Assembly (NCBI GenBank): GCA_003168075.1
Contig: PMTL01000209.1
Coordinates: 7,970-71,969 of the forward strand
Direction: 5' to 3'
Source of the DNA: Acidimicrobiaceae bacterium
GTDB taxonomy: Bacteria; Actinomycetota; Acidimicrobiia; Acidimicrobiales; RAAP-2
DNA length: 64,000 bases
Shown: positions 19,720 through 29,150 of the stretch, in pieces
How positions within the stretch are numbered: the stretch's first letter is position 1
Layout: every line of letters starts with the position of its first letter
Made by a program: the position numbers and the translations under genes
The notes under the pieces: model-generated
Seen by the model: only the letters and a program-made list of their open reading frames with translations
The model's database searches: none
Told to the model about the DNA's origin: nothing

Positions 19720-20816
19720 CGACAGCGACACCTTCACGAGTCAACGTTGAATTTACCGAAGGAAGTTCCCGGTTCACCGCGACCGCCAGAAACGCCGTGA
19801 CCGCGGCACTCGTCGGCACTCTCGCGACCTCGTTTCCCGCGGGCTTTAACTTGGCGGTCATCGACCGTTCGGGGATGCTCGTGCGCGCCTGGGGTGGGCA
19901 CGCGAACCTCGTCGGTGTACTCGAGGACACCCGATCCGACACCGTCTACGACCTCGCCTCGTTGACCAAGGTGGTCGCGACCACGCCGCTGGCACTGTGG
20001 CTCGAGGATCAGAAATTCTGGAAATTGAATCAACCACTGGCCGACTGGTTGCCCGATTTCACTCGACGCGACATCACCCTTCGCCAGCTCCTCACTCACA
20101 CCTCGGGGATCATCGCTCACCGTCCCTTCTTTCACCTAGGTCCCGACCCTCGAGCCGTGCGTCGCGCCGTCTACGACGAAGCGCAGCGCGCCGCTGCGCC
20201 GGGACGGGTCCTCTACAGCGACCTCAACTTCATGCTGCTGGGCTGGGCCATTTCCGCCTGCGCGAAGGAGCCGCTCGATCGCCTCTTTCGCCGCGTGGTC
20301 GCCGCTCCATTAGCAATGAGCGAGACACGCTACCGACCCGGAAGTCGCGAACGGGCGCGCGCCGCGGCTACCGAACTCGACGGCGATCAACGTCTTGGTC
20401 CTGGCCTGGTTCGTGGCGAGGTACACGACGGCAACGCGTGGGCCCTGGGCGGCGTGTCCGGTCACGCCGGACTTTTCTCTACGACCGCTGACCTCTCCCT
20501 CTTCGCCGGCGCCTTGTTGGCTCCCCGACACCACCCGGTACTGAGTGCGGGCGCACTGTCGCGGATGTCGCGCCACCAAGCCGGCCGACAACCCGACGTC
20601 CGCGGATTGGGCTGGCGCATTGAACCGCGTGAATGGGGGACGTGGCCCGAAGGGACCTACTGGCACACCGGGTTCACGGGCACCTCGCTCCTGATCGCAC
20701 CGCGAGCCAACGTGGCAGTCGTTCTGCTCACCAATGCCGTGCATCCCACTCGCGATCTCGTGCGCCAAGCGGCGTTTCGCACCGCGGTGCACCGGGCGCT
20801 CGCCAAGGTGAACTGA
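19716..20816 (+). CDS. Beta-lactamase-fold serine hydrolase (AmiE-like, putative muramoyl-peptide amidase)
   Basis: SxxK ASLTK, LLTHTSG, YSD, GEVHDGNA, GHAGLFS, HTGFTG; no signal peptide. Confidence 0.85.
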   Translation: MTTATPSRVNVEFTEGSSRFTATARNAVTAALVGTLATSFPAGFNLAVIDRSGMLVRAWGGHANLVGVLEDTRSDTVYDLASLTKVVATTPLALWLEDQKFWKLNQPLADWLPDFTRRDITLRQLLTHTSGIIAHRPFFHLGPDPRAVRRAVYDEAQRAAAPGRVLYSDLNFMLLGWAISACAKEPLDRLFRRVVAAPLAMSETRYRPGSRERARAAATELDGDQRLGPGLVRGEVHDGNAWALGGVSGHAGLFSTTADLSLFAGALLAPRHHPVLSAGALSRMSRHQAGRQPDVRGLGWRIEPREWGTWPEGTYWHTGFTGTSLLIAPRANVAVVLLTNAVHPTRDLVRQAAFRTAVHRALAKVN

Positions 20817-22876
20817 TGAACGAACCGCGCGACGCCGCCGAACTGCGACTCCTCGGAACCGAACAGGTTCGACCCGAACTCGACGCCCTCGATCAGATGA
20901 CCGTCGAAGACTTGGTGGGACTCATGTGTTTTGACGTTCGACAGGTTCCCGATGCGCTCGCCGCGGCGCAGGGTGCGATCGCGACAGCGGTCAAGGGCGT
21001 CGTCGCCCAACTCGAACGTGGTGGACGCCTGATCTACGTTGGGGCGGGAACCGCGGGACGCCTCGGAATGCTCGACGCCGCCGAGGCGGGTCCCACCTTC
21101 AACGTCGAGGAGGGCCAAGTGGTGGGCATCCTCGCGGGGGGTCTGAACGCCTTTGGAGTACCGGTAGAGAACGCCGAGGACGACTCCGACGGTGGAGCCC
21201 TCGCGGTGCGTGACCTAGGGGTCACCAACATCGACTGCGTCGTGGGCATCTCGGCCAGCGGTCGCACTCCCTATGTTCTAGGCGCCGTCGAAGAGGCCCA
21301 TCGCCTCGGTGCGGTGACCGTCGGGGTCTCGTGCAACGTTGAGACGCCGCTGAGCGCTGACGTTGATCACCCCATTGAAGTCGTGGTTGGTCCCGAGTTG
21401 ATCGCCGGGTCCACTCGCATGAACTCGGGCACTGCCCAGAAGTTAGTGCTGAACGTGATCTCGACCGCGGCCATGGTACGCCTCGGCAAGACCTACGGCA
21501 ATCTGATGGTCGACGTGCGCCCGACGAACGAGAAATTACGCGACCGATCGATGCGCATCGTCGCGCGGATCACCGGGGCCAGCCACGAGGACGTCGCTCT
21601 CGCGCTCGGTGCAAGCCAGTGGCGGCCCAAGGTTGCCTGCGCGATGATCGTGGGCGGCCTCACCGCCGACGACGCGGAGCTCCGGTTGCACGAGTACGCG
21701 GGACGTCTGCGTCCGGTCCTGGACTCCCTGCGCATGACGTCGACCACGACGCGCCGGCGTTCGACGTCGACCTGGCAACGACTCGGTGTGGGCGCGGCCT
21801 TCGTCGAGGGCACCTTGGTCACCGGCGACGTGGCGATCAGTGACGGCGAGATCGTCGCCGTCGGACTCTCGGGACCGGGCAGCGGAGTCGCGGTGGCGGG
21901 CTTCGTTGACGCTCAGATCAACGGCTACTTCGGCATCGACCTACTCAACGCCGACGTCGAGGAAGTGCTCACCATGGGCGACGCTCTCTTACGCGACGGC
22001 GTCGTGGCCTATCAGCCCACGCTGATTACCAGCGACTTCGAGCTACTCCAGCGCGCCGCGTCGCGAATTGACGAGGCTCGGCGACTCGCTACGAGTGGAG
22101 CGCGAATACTGGGCATCCACCTAGAGGGTCCGTTCCTCTCGCCCCGGCGCGCGGGGACGCACCCCGTGCATCATCTTCGCCCACCCGACCTCGGACACCT
22201 CGAGGCTCTGCTCGCGTGCGGAGAGATTTCGATGATGACCATCGCACCCGAACTGCCCGGAGCTCTCGATCTCATCGACTTCTGCGTGCACCATGGCGTC
22301 GCGGTTTCCCTCGGACACAGCGCGGCCACGGGTGAGGAAGCGCGACGCGGCTTCGACGCGGGAGCATCGGCCGTCACTCACATCTTCAACGCCATGGAGC
22401 CCTTGAGCGCCCGGTCGCCCGGTCTAGCGGGAGTATCCCTCACTCGCGGCGACGTGACCGTGCAAATCATTGCCGACGGAGTGCACGTGTCCGAGGACAT
22501 GCTACGCATGGCGTTTCGCGGCGCGCACGGCCGCTGCATCCTCGTCAGCGACGCGATTGCCGCAGCGGGGGTGGACCGTGACGTCGTCCAACTCGGTGAC
22601 GTCACCGTGCTGATCAACAACGGCGAGGCACGACGAGTGGACGGAACACTGGCGGGCAGTATTGGTAAGTTGCGCGATAGTCTCATCCGCGTTCATTCAC
22701 TGGGAATTGACTCCCTCGACGCGTTGCGCTCCGTCATCAGCCGCCCCGGCCACCTCCTGGGCGTGGGCGAACTGGTGTCGCTTCGACCGGGATCGCCGGC
22801 GAACTTCTTCGTCCTGGACGACGAACTGAGGATCACTGCGCACGTGACGAACGGCGACCTCGCCACTTTGGCGTGA
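20816..22876 (+). CDS. murQ: Fusion of MurNAc-6-P etherase (MurQ) and GlcNAc-6-P deacetylase (NagA)
   Basis: GAGTAGRLGMLDAAE, VENAED, GSTRMNSGTAQK, YGNLMVD; then HLEGPF, LGHS, THIFNAM, DGVH, VSDA in one frame; TGATG coupling to the upstream gene. Confidence 0.92.
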   Translation: MNEPRDAAELRLLGTEQVRPELDALDQMTVEDLVGLMCFDVRQVPDALAAAQGAIATAVKGVVAQLERGGRLIYVGAGTAGRLGMLDAAEAGPTFNVEEGQVVGILAGGLNAFGVPVENAEDDSDGGALAVRDLGVTNIDCVVGISASGRTPYVLGAVEEAHRLGAVTVGVSCNVETPLSADVDHPIEVVVGPELIAGSTRMNSGTAQKLVLNVISTAAMVRLGKTYGNLMVDVRPTNEKLRDRSMRIVARITGASHEDVALALGASQWRPKVACAMIVGGLTADDAELRLHEYAGRLRPVLDSLRMTSTTTRRRSTSTWQRLGVGAAFVEGTLVTGDVAISDGEIVAVGLSGPGSGVAVAGFVDAQINGYFGIDLLNADVEEVLTMGDALLRDGVVAYQPTLITSDFELLQRAASRIDEARRLATSGARILGIHLEGPFLSPRRAGTHPVHHLRPPDLGHLEALLACGEISMMTIAPELPGALDLIDFCVHHGVAVSLGHSAATGEEARRGFDAGASAVTHIFNAMEPLSARSPGLAGVSLTRGDVTVQIIADGVHVSEDMLRMAFRGAHGRCILVSDAIAAAGVDRDVVQLGDVTVLINNGEARRVDGTLAGSIGKLRDSLIRVHSLGIDSLDALRSVISRPGHLLGVGELVSLRPGSPANFFVLDDELRITAHVTNGDLATLA

Positions 22877-22903
22877 GGGGCTCGTGACCTCTAACCTTTC
22901 TCG

Positions 22904-25828
22904 GTGATGACGACGTACCAGCCCGGTGACTACGTCGACCGGTCCGGTGTTGACGCGACGACGCGTCTGACGTTGGAACGAGAACTGCGTGATGCCCTGC
23001 GCGGCGACGTGCTCTTCGACGCGGCGACCCGCGGCATCTACGCCACCGACTCGTCGAATTACCGCCAGATACCCCTGGGCGTCGTGTACCCCCGTGACGA
23101 GGACGATGTCGTGCGCACCGTGCAGATCTGCGCGCGACACCACGCGCCCATCCTGGGGCGCGGGGCGGGCACGAGCCTCGCCGGTCAGGCGTGCAACGTC
23201 GCCGTCGTGCTCGATATGAGCCGCTACATGAACGAGATTCTCGAGATCGATCCTGAACGACGAATCGCGCGAGTGCAACCCGGAGTGGTCCTCGACCAAC
23301 TCAACGCCGCCGCGCGGGCCATCGATCTCACTTTCGGACCCGATCCGGCCACCCACGCCTGGTGCACCATCGGCGGCATGGTCGGCAACAACTCCTGCGG
23401 TACCCACGCGCTGCACTACGGCAAGACCGTCGACAACGTCGAGGAGTTGACCGTCATCACGTATCAAGGTGAGCGGCTGGTGCTCGGTCCGTGCGACGAC
23501 GTGACGTACGTGGAGATGGCCAGCGGCACCACTGACGCAGCGCGCATCGTGCGAGAGCTGCGCCAGTTGCGCGCAGACTACGCCGAGGAGATCGCCACCG
23601 GCTACCCCGATCTCGCACGCCGCGTCTCGGGGTACAACCTCGATCAGCTTCTCGACGAGAAGGGCTTTCACCTCGCGCGCGCCATCGTCGGCTCGGAGTC
23701 GACGTGTGCGTTGGTCACCGAGATCACCGTCACGCTCTCGCCGTGGCCCCGTCACCGAATTCTGGTGGTACTGGGTTATGAGGACATCTACCTCGCCGCC
23801 GACGACGTGCCGCGACTGCTCAACTATCCGCTCATTGGTCTCGAGGGCTTCGACCTGGTACTCGTCGAGCAGATGCGCCGCGCCAATCTCCACGTGGACA
23901 ACCTCGAACTCTTGCCCGCCGGGCGCGGTTGGCTGCTCTGTGAGATCGGTGCCGACACTCTTGAGGGCGCCCAGAGCACCGCGCGTGAACTCCTGGCGAG
24001 CCCGGGCCCCGACGTGAACGGCGTCGTCCTGAGCGACGCCCGTGACCAGGAGCGCGTGTGGCAGATTCGCGAGTCGGGACTCGGGGCGACGGCGCATCCC
24101 CAAGACCAACCCGCCAATCACGAAGGCTGGGAGGACGCCGCCGTTCTCCCACAGAACCTCGGTACGTACTTGCGCGGCATCCGCGATTTGTGGGCCGAAT
24201 TCGATCTGAGCGGCGCCTGGTACGGACACTTCGGACAGGGGTGTGTGCACACGCGCAACAACTTCGACCTCTCGAGCGTCGACGGTCTCGCGCACTACCG
24301 CGCGTTCGTCGAGCGCGCAGCCGACCTGTGCGTGTCGCTCGGGGGATCCATTTCAGGCGAGCACGGCGACGGGCAGTCGCGCGGCGAGTTGCTCGCGCGC
24401 ATGTACAGCCCGCGTCTCATCGAGGCCTTTCGCCGTTTCAAAGCGGCGTGGGACCCCGAAGGACGAATGAATCCGGGCAAGCTCATCGACGCCTATCCCC
24501 TCGACACCAATATTCGCTACGGCCCGAAGTATCGCTCGTCGAATCTCTTGGCTACGGGCTTCTCGTTCCCCCACGACCACGGCTCGCTGCAGGGCGCCGT
24601 CGAACGCTGCGTCGGAGTGGGCAAGTGCCGCAGTGACACGGACGGGGTCATGTGTCCGTCGTACCGGGTAACGCGCGATGAGCAGCACTCCACTCGGGGT
24701 CGCGCCAAGCTCCTGGGCGAGCTCTTCCAGGGTGGCGCCATTCCCGAGACCTGGCGTAGCGAGGAGGTATTCGAGGCGCTGGACCTGTGTCTATCGTGCA
24801 AGGGCTGCGCGTCGGACTGCCCGACCCACGTCGACATGGCGACCTATAAATCGGAGTTCCTCTTTCACTACTACCACGGAAGGTTGCGACCACGATCCGC
24901 CTACGCCCTCGGGTCCCTGCCCTGGGCGGGACGCGTCGCGTCGCTCGTACCACGACTATCGAACGTTGTCCTGCAGGGCCGGCTCACGCGCCGAGCGGTG
25001 ATGAACGCGGCGGGGCTGAGCCGCGATCGAGCGGCGCCGCGATTCGCTCGACGATCGTTTCGTCGCGGCGGTCTCGCGAGGCGGCTACGCGACGAGCAGA
25101 CACCCACCGTGGTCCTTTGGGCTGACACCTTCACCGACCTCTTCTCACCCGCCCGCGGCGACGCGACTGCCGCGGTTCTTGAGCTCGCGGGCGAGCGCGT
25201 CGTCGTGCCCTCGCAGTGGTCGTGCTGTGGGCGCACCCTCTACGACTCGGGCATGCTCACTGCGGCCAAGTCGAGCGCTCGGCGCGTCCTCGATGTACTC
25301 GCTCCCTACCTCGTCCTGGGACTGCCCATCGTCGTTCCCGAACCGAGCTGCCGGGCGACATTCAAGGACGAGATTCCCCAGCTCCTCAGCGATGACCCGC
25401 GGGCTAGCCGGCTCGCGGAGCTGTGTCGGAGTCTGGCCGAGCACTTAGACGCCATCGCGTGGACTCCCACCACGTCCGTCGCGCGAGGCCCGGTCAGCGT
25501 TCATCCTCACTGTCACCAGCGCGCCACGGGAGGCTCGCAGTCAGATGTCAACGTACTGACCCGCGCGGGCTTCGACGTCGAGCTGCTGGACTTGGGGTGT
25601 TGTGGGCTAGCGGGCTCTTTCGGCTACGAAGCGAGTCACGACGTGATCTCACGCCAAATCGCCGAGGACCGCTTCATCCCGGGGATCGCTTCCGCGGCGA
25701 CGTCCGGTCCCCTCGTTCTCGACGGATTCAGCTGCGACATCCAGGCGAGACAGTTGACGTCCCTGACGCCGCTGTCGCTCGCCGAACTGCTTCTGTCGTC
25801 GCTACGCCCCGATCGCCCGGCCGACTGA
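22904..25828 (+). CDS. FAD-binding + Fe-S 2-hydroxyacid dehydrogenase (YdiJ/Dld-II-like)
   Basis: RGAGTSLAGQ, GPDPAT, SGEHGDG, CVGVGKC, CLSCKGCASDCP, two CCG domains. Confidence 0.88.
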   Translation: MMTTYQPGDYVDRSGVDATTRLTLERELRDALRGDVLFDAATRGIYATDSSNYRQIPLGVVYPRDEDDVVRTVQICARHHAPILGRGAGTSLAGQACNVAVVLDMSRYMNEILEIDPERRIARVQPGVVLDQLNAAARAIDLTFGPDPATHAWCTIGGMVGNNSCGTHALHYGKTVDNVEELTVITYQGERLVLGPCDDVTYVEMASGTTDAARIVRELRQLRADYAEEIATGYPDLARRVSGYNLDQLLDEKGFHLARAIVGSESTCALVTEITVTLSPWPRHRILVVLGYEDIYLAADDVPRLLNYPLIGLEGFDLVLVEQMRRANLHVDNLELLPAGRGWLLCEIGADTLEGAQSTARELLASPGPDVNGVVLSDARDQERVWQIRESGLGATAHPQDQPANHEGWEDAAVLPQNLGTYLRGIRDLWAEFDLSGAWYGHFGQGCVHTRNNFDLSSVDGLAHYRAFVERAADLCVSLGGSISGEHGDGQSRGELLARMYSPRLIEAFRRFKAAWDPEGRMNPGKLIDAYPLDTNIRYGPKYRSSNLLATGFSFPHDHGSLQGAVERCVGVGKCRSDTDGVMCPSYRVTRDEQHSTRGRAKLLGELFQGGAIPETWRSEEVFEALDLCLSCKGCASDCPTHVDMATYKSEFLFHYYHGRLRPRSAYALGSLPWAGRVASLVPRLSNVVLQGRLTRRAVMNAAGLSRDRAAPRFARRSFRRGGLARRLRDEQTPTVVLWADTFTDLFSPARGDATAAVLELAGERVVVPSQWSCCGRTLYDSGMLTAAKSSARRVLDVLAPYLVLGLPIVVPEPSCRATFKDEIPQLLSDDPRASRLAELCRSLAEHLDAIAWTPTTSVARGPVSVHPHCHQRATGGSQSDVNVLTRAGFDVELLDLGCCGLAGSFGYEASHDVISRQIAEDRFIPGIASAATSGPLVLDGFSCDIQARQLTSLTPLSLAELLLSSLRPDRPAD

Positions 25829-25832
25829 CGCC

Positions 25833-26858
25833 CTACACGCCCAGAGTGACCTTGCTCAGACCGGGCGAGTTGTCAATGGGACGACCCCGCAGTTCCCCCA
25901 GCCGCAGCGCCAGGACCTGACCGACCACGACGCACGCCAGCCCCAATGACCAATTGGCCAGGTCCTCGCCGATGACGATCTCCTCGTCACAGTCGAAACC
26001 GCGGCGGGTACTCGGTCGCATCACCACCGTGGTCATGCCCGAGCGGCGACAGCCCTGGAGCGTGAGCTCGCAGAGTTCGTCGGTCATCTCCTCGCTCACG
26101 ACCAGCAGCAAAGCGGTGCCGGCACCGTCGGCGCCGATGGGTCCGTGGGCAAAGTCCGAGGCAGCGTACCCTTCGGAGCGAATGCCGGTCACCTCTCGAA
26201 TCTTGAGCGAGATCTCCGACGCCACCGCCGCGCCGACGCCCCGACCCACGACGGTCAGTCCCCGTGTCGCGTTCAACGCGGCGAGAGGCAATGACGCCTC
26301 GAAGGCCGAGTTGAGTACTCGATCGACCACGTCGGCGACGTCGTCGAGTCCGGCGAGGTCGCTGCCCTTCAGGGCCGACACCAGTTGCGCCAATGCGTGC
26401 CAGGACGCAGAGAACGTCTTCGTCGATGCGACGGCGCGTTCGGGGCCGGCGCCCATGTCGATGAAGACGTCACTGTCGAGTGCAGCGGGCGACGCCGCAT
26501 CATTCGTCAAGGCCGCGCAGGGTCGGTGCTGACGATGGGCGTGCGTGAGAATCTCCGCGATCCCCGGCGATCGTCCCGATTGGGAGATGACCAGCACTCC
26601 CGCGCCCGAGAGGTCCAGGATCGAGTCGTCGGCGTAGAGCGAGGGAGTCGCCAGAGCCACAACGAGTCCCAGCTCCTTACCCGCCAGGTACTGAAAGAAA
26701 AGTGCCGCGTTGTCCGAAGAGCCACGCGCACCCACGAGGGCGTACGTGATGCCGTGCCACGACTGGGCAACCCGCTGCGCCTGACGCGCACCTTCATCGC
26801 GCCGACGCCGCAGGATGTCCGCTTGGGAGCGAATCTCTTCTTCAAAAAATGTAGTCAT
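25833..26858 (-). CDS. Double-SIS sugar-phosphate isomerase/deaminase (NagB-II/GlmS C-terminal-like)
   Basis: ARGSSDNAA, ISQSGRSP, ERAVASTKTF, LKIRE, FAHGP; no glutaminase domain. Confidence 0.85.
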   Translation of the reverse strand: MTTFFEEEIRSQADILRRRRDEGARQAQRVAQSWHGITYALVGARGSSDNAALFFQYLAGKELGLVVALATPSLYADDSILDLSGAGVLVISQSGRSPGIAEILTHAHRQHRPCAALTNDAASPAALDSDVFIDMGAGPERAVASTKTFSASWHALAQLVSALKGSDLAGLDDVADVVDRVLNSAFEASLPLAALNATRGLTVVGRGVGAAVASEISLKIREVTGIRSEGYAASDFAHGPIGADGAGTALLLVVSEEMTDELCELTLQGCRRSGMTTVVMRPSTRRGFDCDEEIVIGEDLANWSLGLACVVVGQVLALRLGELRGRPIDNSPGLSKVTLGV

Positions 26859-27175
26859 TAGTTCCCATCAATTTGTTCGCGACGTGAAATCCCTGAGCGA
26901 CGCGCCACCTCGTCGTGAACGAGAAAGTGACGAAGGACCACGAATCCAACCTACGGGTGATCGGCCGGATCTTTTCCCTCATCACGGCATTTTTCGGGGT
27001 GTGGGCGTCAGTACCAATCACCCGCGCCACGCCCATCGCTCCTGGTCACGTTGATGAGACAACTCAGGGGACAACGTCAGGATAGTTTTTTTCACTGCCC
27101 TCTCGCGACGTCGACTCGAGGGTCATCAGAGCAGCACCGGTTTGTTCGTTACTGAGCGCCAACTACATTGACACT

Positions 27176-27691
27176 ATGTCGGCCCCCTCCACGTGCGACG
27201 TCTGCGGCTTTCGATGGGCCGACGTCACCATCGAAGAAATCCCGAGTCGCCTCGAGCAGGCCATTCGTTCCTTTGTTCAGGTCATCACGAGCGCCGGCCT
27301 CGAGGTCGCGCGGCGGCCCTCTCCCACGCGCTGGTCGATCCTGGAATACGGCGGACATCTGCGCGACGTCCTGATCTCGATTCGTGAGCGCATCATCACC
27401 GCGGCAATACTCGACGCCCCTACTGGAGTCGCGATGAACCGCGACGAGCGGGTCTCGTTGGGTCTCTATCAACACGACACGCCCGCCGACGTGGCCGGGG
27501 AGCTCTCGACGATGACGAACCTCTTCGTAAAGACCCTGACGTCGCTCTCGGCGCCGGCCTTACTTCGGCATCTGACCTACAGCCCCGCCTCTCCCTACGA
27601 GGTCACGATTCTCTGGGCCGCGGCCCAGGCCGTGCACGAAGCCGAACATCACCTCGATGACGTGAAACAGAACGTGGCACTGCTGGCGTAG
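27176..27691 (+). CDS. DinB-superfamily protein with N-terminal CxxC
   Basis: CDVCGF, WSILEYGGHLRD, HEAEHH. Confidence 0.8.
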   Translation: MSAPSTCDVCGFRWADVTIEEIPSRLEQAIRSFVQVITSAGLEVARRPSPTRWSILEYGGHLRDVLISIRERIITAAILDAPTGVAMNRDERVSLGLYQHDTPADVAGELSTMTNLFVKTLTSLSAPALLRHLTYSPASPYEVTILWAAAQAVHEAEHHLDDVKQNVALLA

Positions 27692-27892
27692 TGGTCCAAT
27701 GAACGCTGTCGACCGCGTATCGGCCACGGCGATGACGAGATGCTGCGTCGAACGTCGGAGAACCGAAAGTGCTGGACCACCGAAACAGTCATCGAGATAG
27801 TCCCAGATCCACCCCCGGATGACCAGCGACCAGCGAGTCTGGCGCGGTGACCACACAACGACTTTGCACCGTAGGTCGTTAGTCTGGCCATC

Positions 27893-28753
27893 GTGAGCGC
27901 GCTGACGTGGGTGGCTGGGGTGGCGAGCGTCGCCTGCGCGTTCGCTTGGACCGCGTCACTGATTAGCGGCGACACCTCCTGGGAGGACCGAATGTGGTCG
28001 CTCCTGCCCGAGGTCTATATCTGGATCTTCGCCGCGCACGCACACTTCACCAACGCGCGCCTCACGACGATGGCGGTCCTGGCGACGCTCTGGGGAGTGC
28101 GCCTCACCTACAACTTCGCACGCAAGGGCGGCTACTCGGGCGTCGAGGACTACCGCTGGCAGGTCCTGCGCGACGCGATGGGCAAGTGGCAGTTCCAGCT
28201 CTTCAATCTCTTCTTCATCGTTCTCTACCAGAACGCGCTCCTCGTCCTCATCGCACTACCCGCCCTCAGCGCTTACCAGCATCGCGCGACAGCCTTCGGT
28301 CCCCTCGACGTGGTCTTGAGTGTTGTTTTCATCCTCTTGTTGGTCGGAGAAACCGTGGCGGACCAACAACAGTGGGAGTTTCACCAACGAAAAAAACAGC
28401 TCGCTACGGCCGGCCAGCTGCTCGAACCCGGGTTCTTGCGCTCCGGACTCTTTCGCTTTTCGCGCCATCCGAATTACTTCTTCGAAATGGCCCAGTGGTG
28501 GGTCATCTTTGGTTTCGGGGCGCTCGCCGCCACGTCCCTGGCCCAGTGGACAGTAATCGGACCCGTCCTGTTGACACTGCTCTTCGTTGGTTCGACCAGG
28601 TTCACCGAGCAGATCTCTTCGGGCAAATACCCCGAGTACGCCGCGTACCAGTCCAGCACGTCTGCGGTCATTCCCTGGTGGTCGCGCCGATTGGTGCAGG
28701 CGCCCACTGTGAGCGAGCCCACAGCACCCCAAACCGGCTGGGAATCCTCCTAG
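27893..28753 (+). CDS. DUF1295 / steroid 5-alpha-reductase-like membrane protein
   Basis: WGVRLTYNF, EDYRW, ETVADQQQW, SRHPNYFFE. Confidence 0.88.
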   Translation: MSALTWVAGVASVACAFAWTASLISGDTSWEDRMWSLLPEVYIWIFAAHAHFTNARLTTMAVLATLWGVRLTYNFARKGGYSGVEDYRWQVLRDAMGKWQFQLFNLFFIVLYQNALLVLIALPALSAYQHRATAFGPLDVVLSVVFILLLVGETVADQQQWEFHQRKKQLATAGQLLEPGFLRSGLFRFSRHPNYFFEMAQWWVIFGFGALAATSLAQWTVIGPVLLTLLFVGSTRFTEQISSGKYPEYAAYQSSTSAVIPWWSRRLVQAPTVSEPTAPQTGWESS

Positions 28754-28794
28754 TCCCCAGAAGTTGCCCCTGGTGGCTGGCATAACCTGAGGGC

Positions 28795-29124
28795 ATGAAA
28801 CTGGTCGTCGTTTGGATTGTCGTCTTCGTTCTGGTCGTCGTGGTCATCGTGCTGGCCGCGTGGCTTCCCACGAGGGTGTTGCGCCGTCGCAACATCAAGA
28901 CCAAGGGTTCGAGCGATGTGGTGGTGCGCTGTTCAAAGGGCCACCTCTTCACGACGATTTGGATCGCCGGCGCGTCGCTGAAAGCGGTGCGCCTGGGTTT
29001 CAAGCGCTACCAGCATTGTCCCGTGGGGCATCATTGGAGCGTCGTCACTCCCTTGCCGGTCGATCAACTGAGCGACGCCGATCGCATCGAAGCCGCGCGC
29101 GTGCACGACATCCGCATTCCCTAG
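28795..29124 (+). CDS. Membrane-anchored small protein with putative zinc ribbon
   Basis: N-terminal TM; CSKGH...CPVGHHW; TAACCT-N6-ATG start. Confidence 0.7.
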   Translation: MKLVVVWIVVFVLVVVVIVLAAWLPTRVLRRRNIKTKGSSDVVVRCSKGHLFTTIWIAGASLKAVRLGFKRYQHCPVGHHWSVVTPLPVDQLSDADRIEAARVHDIRIP

Positions 29125-29150
29125 GGGGCACAAAGTGCCCAGTGAACGAC

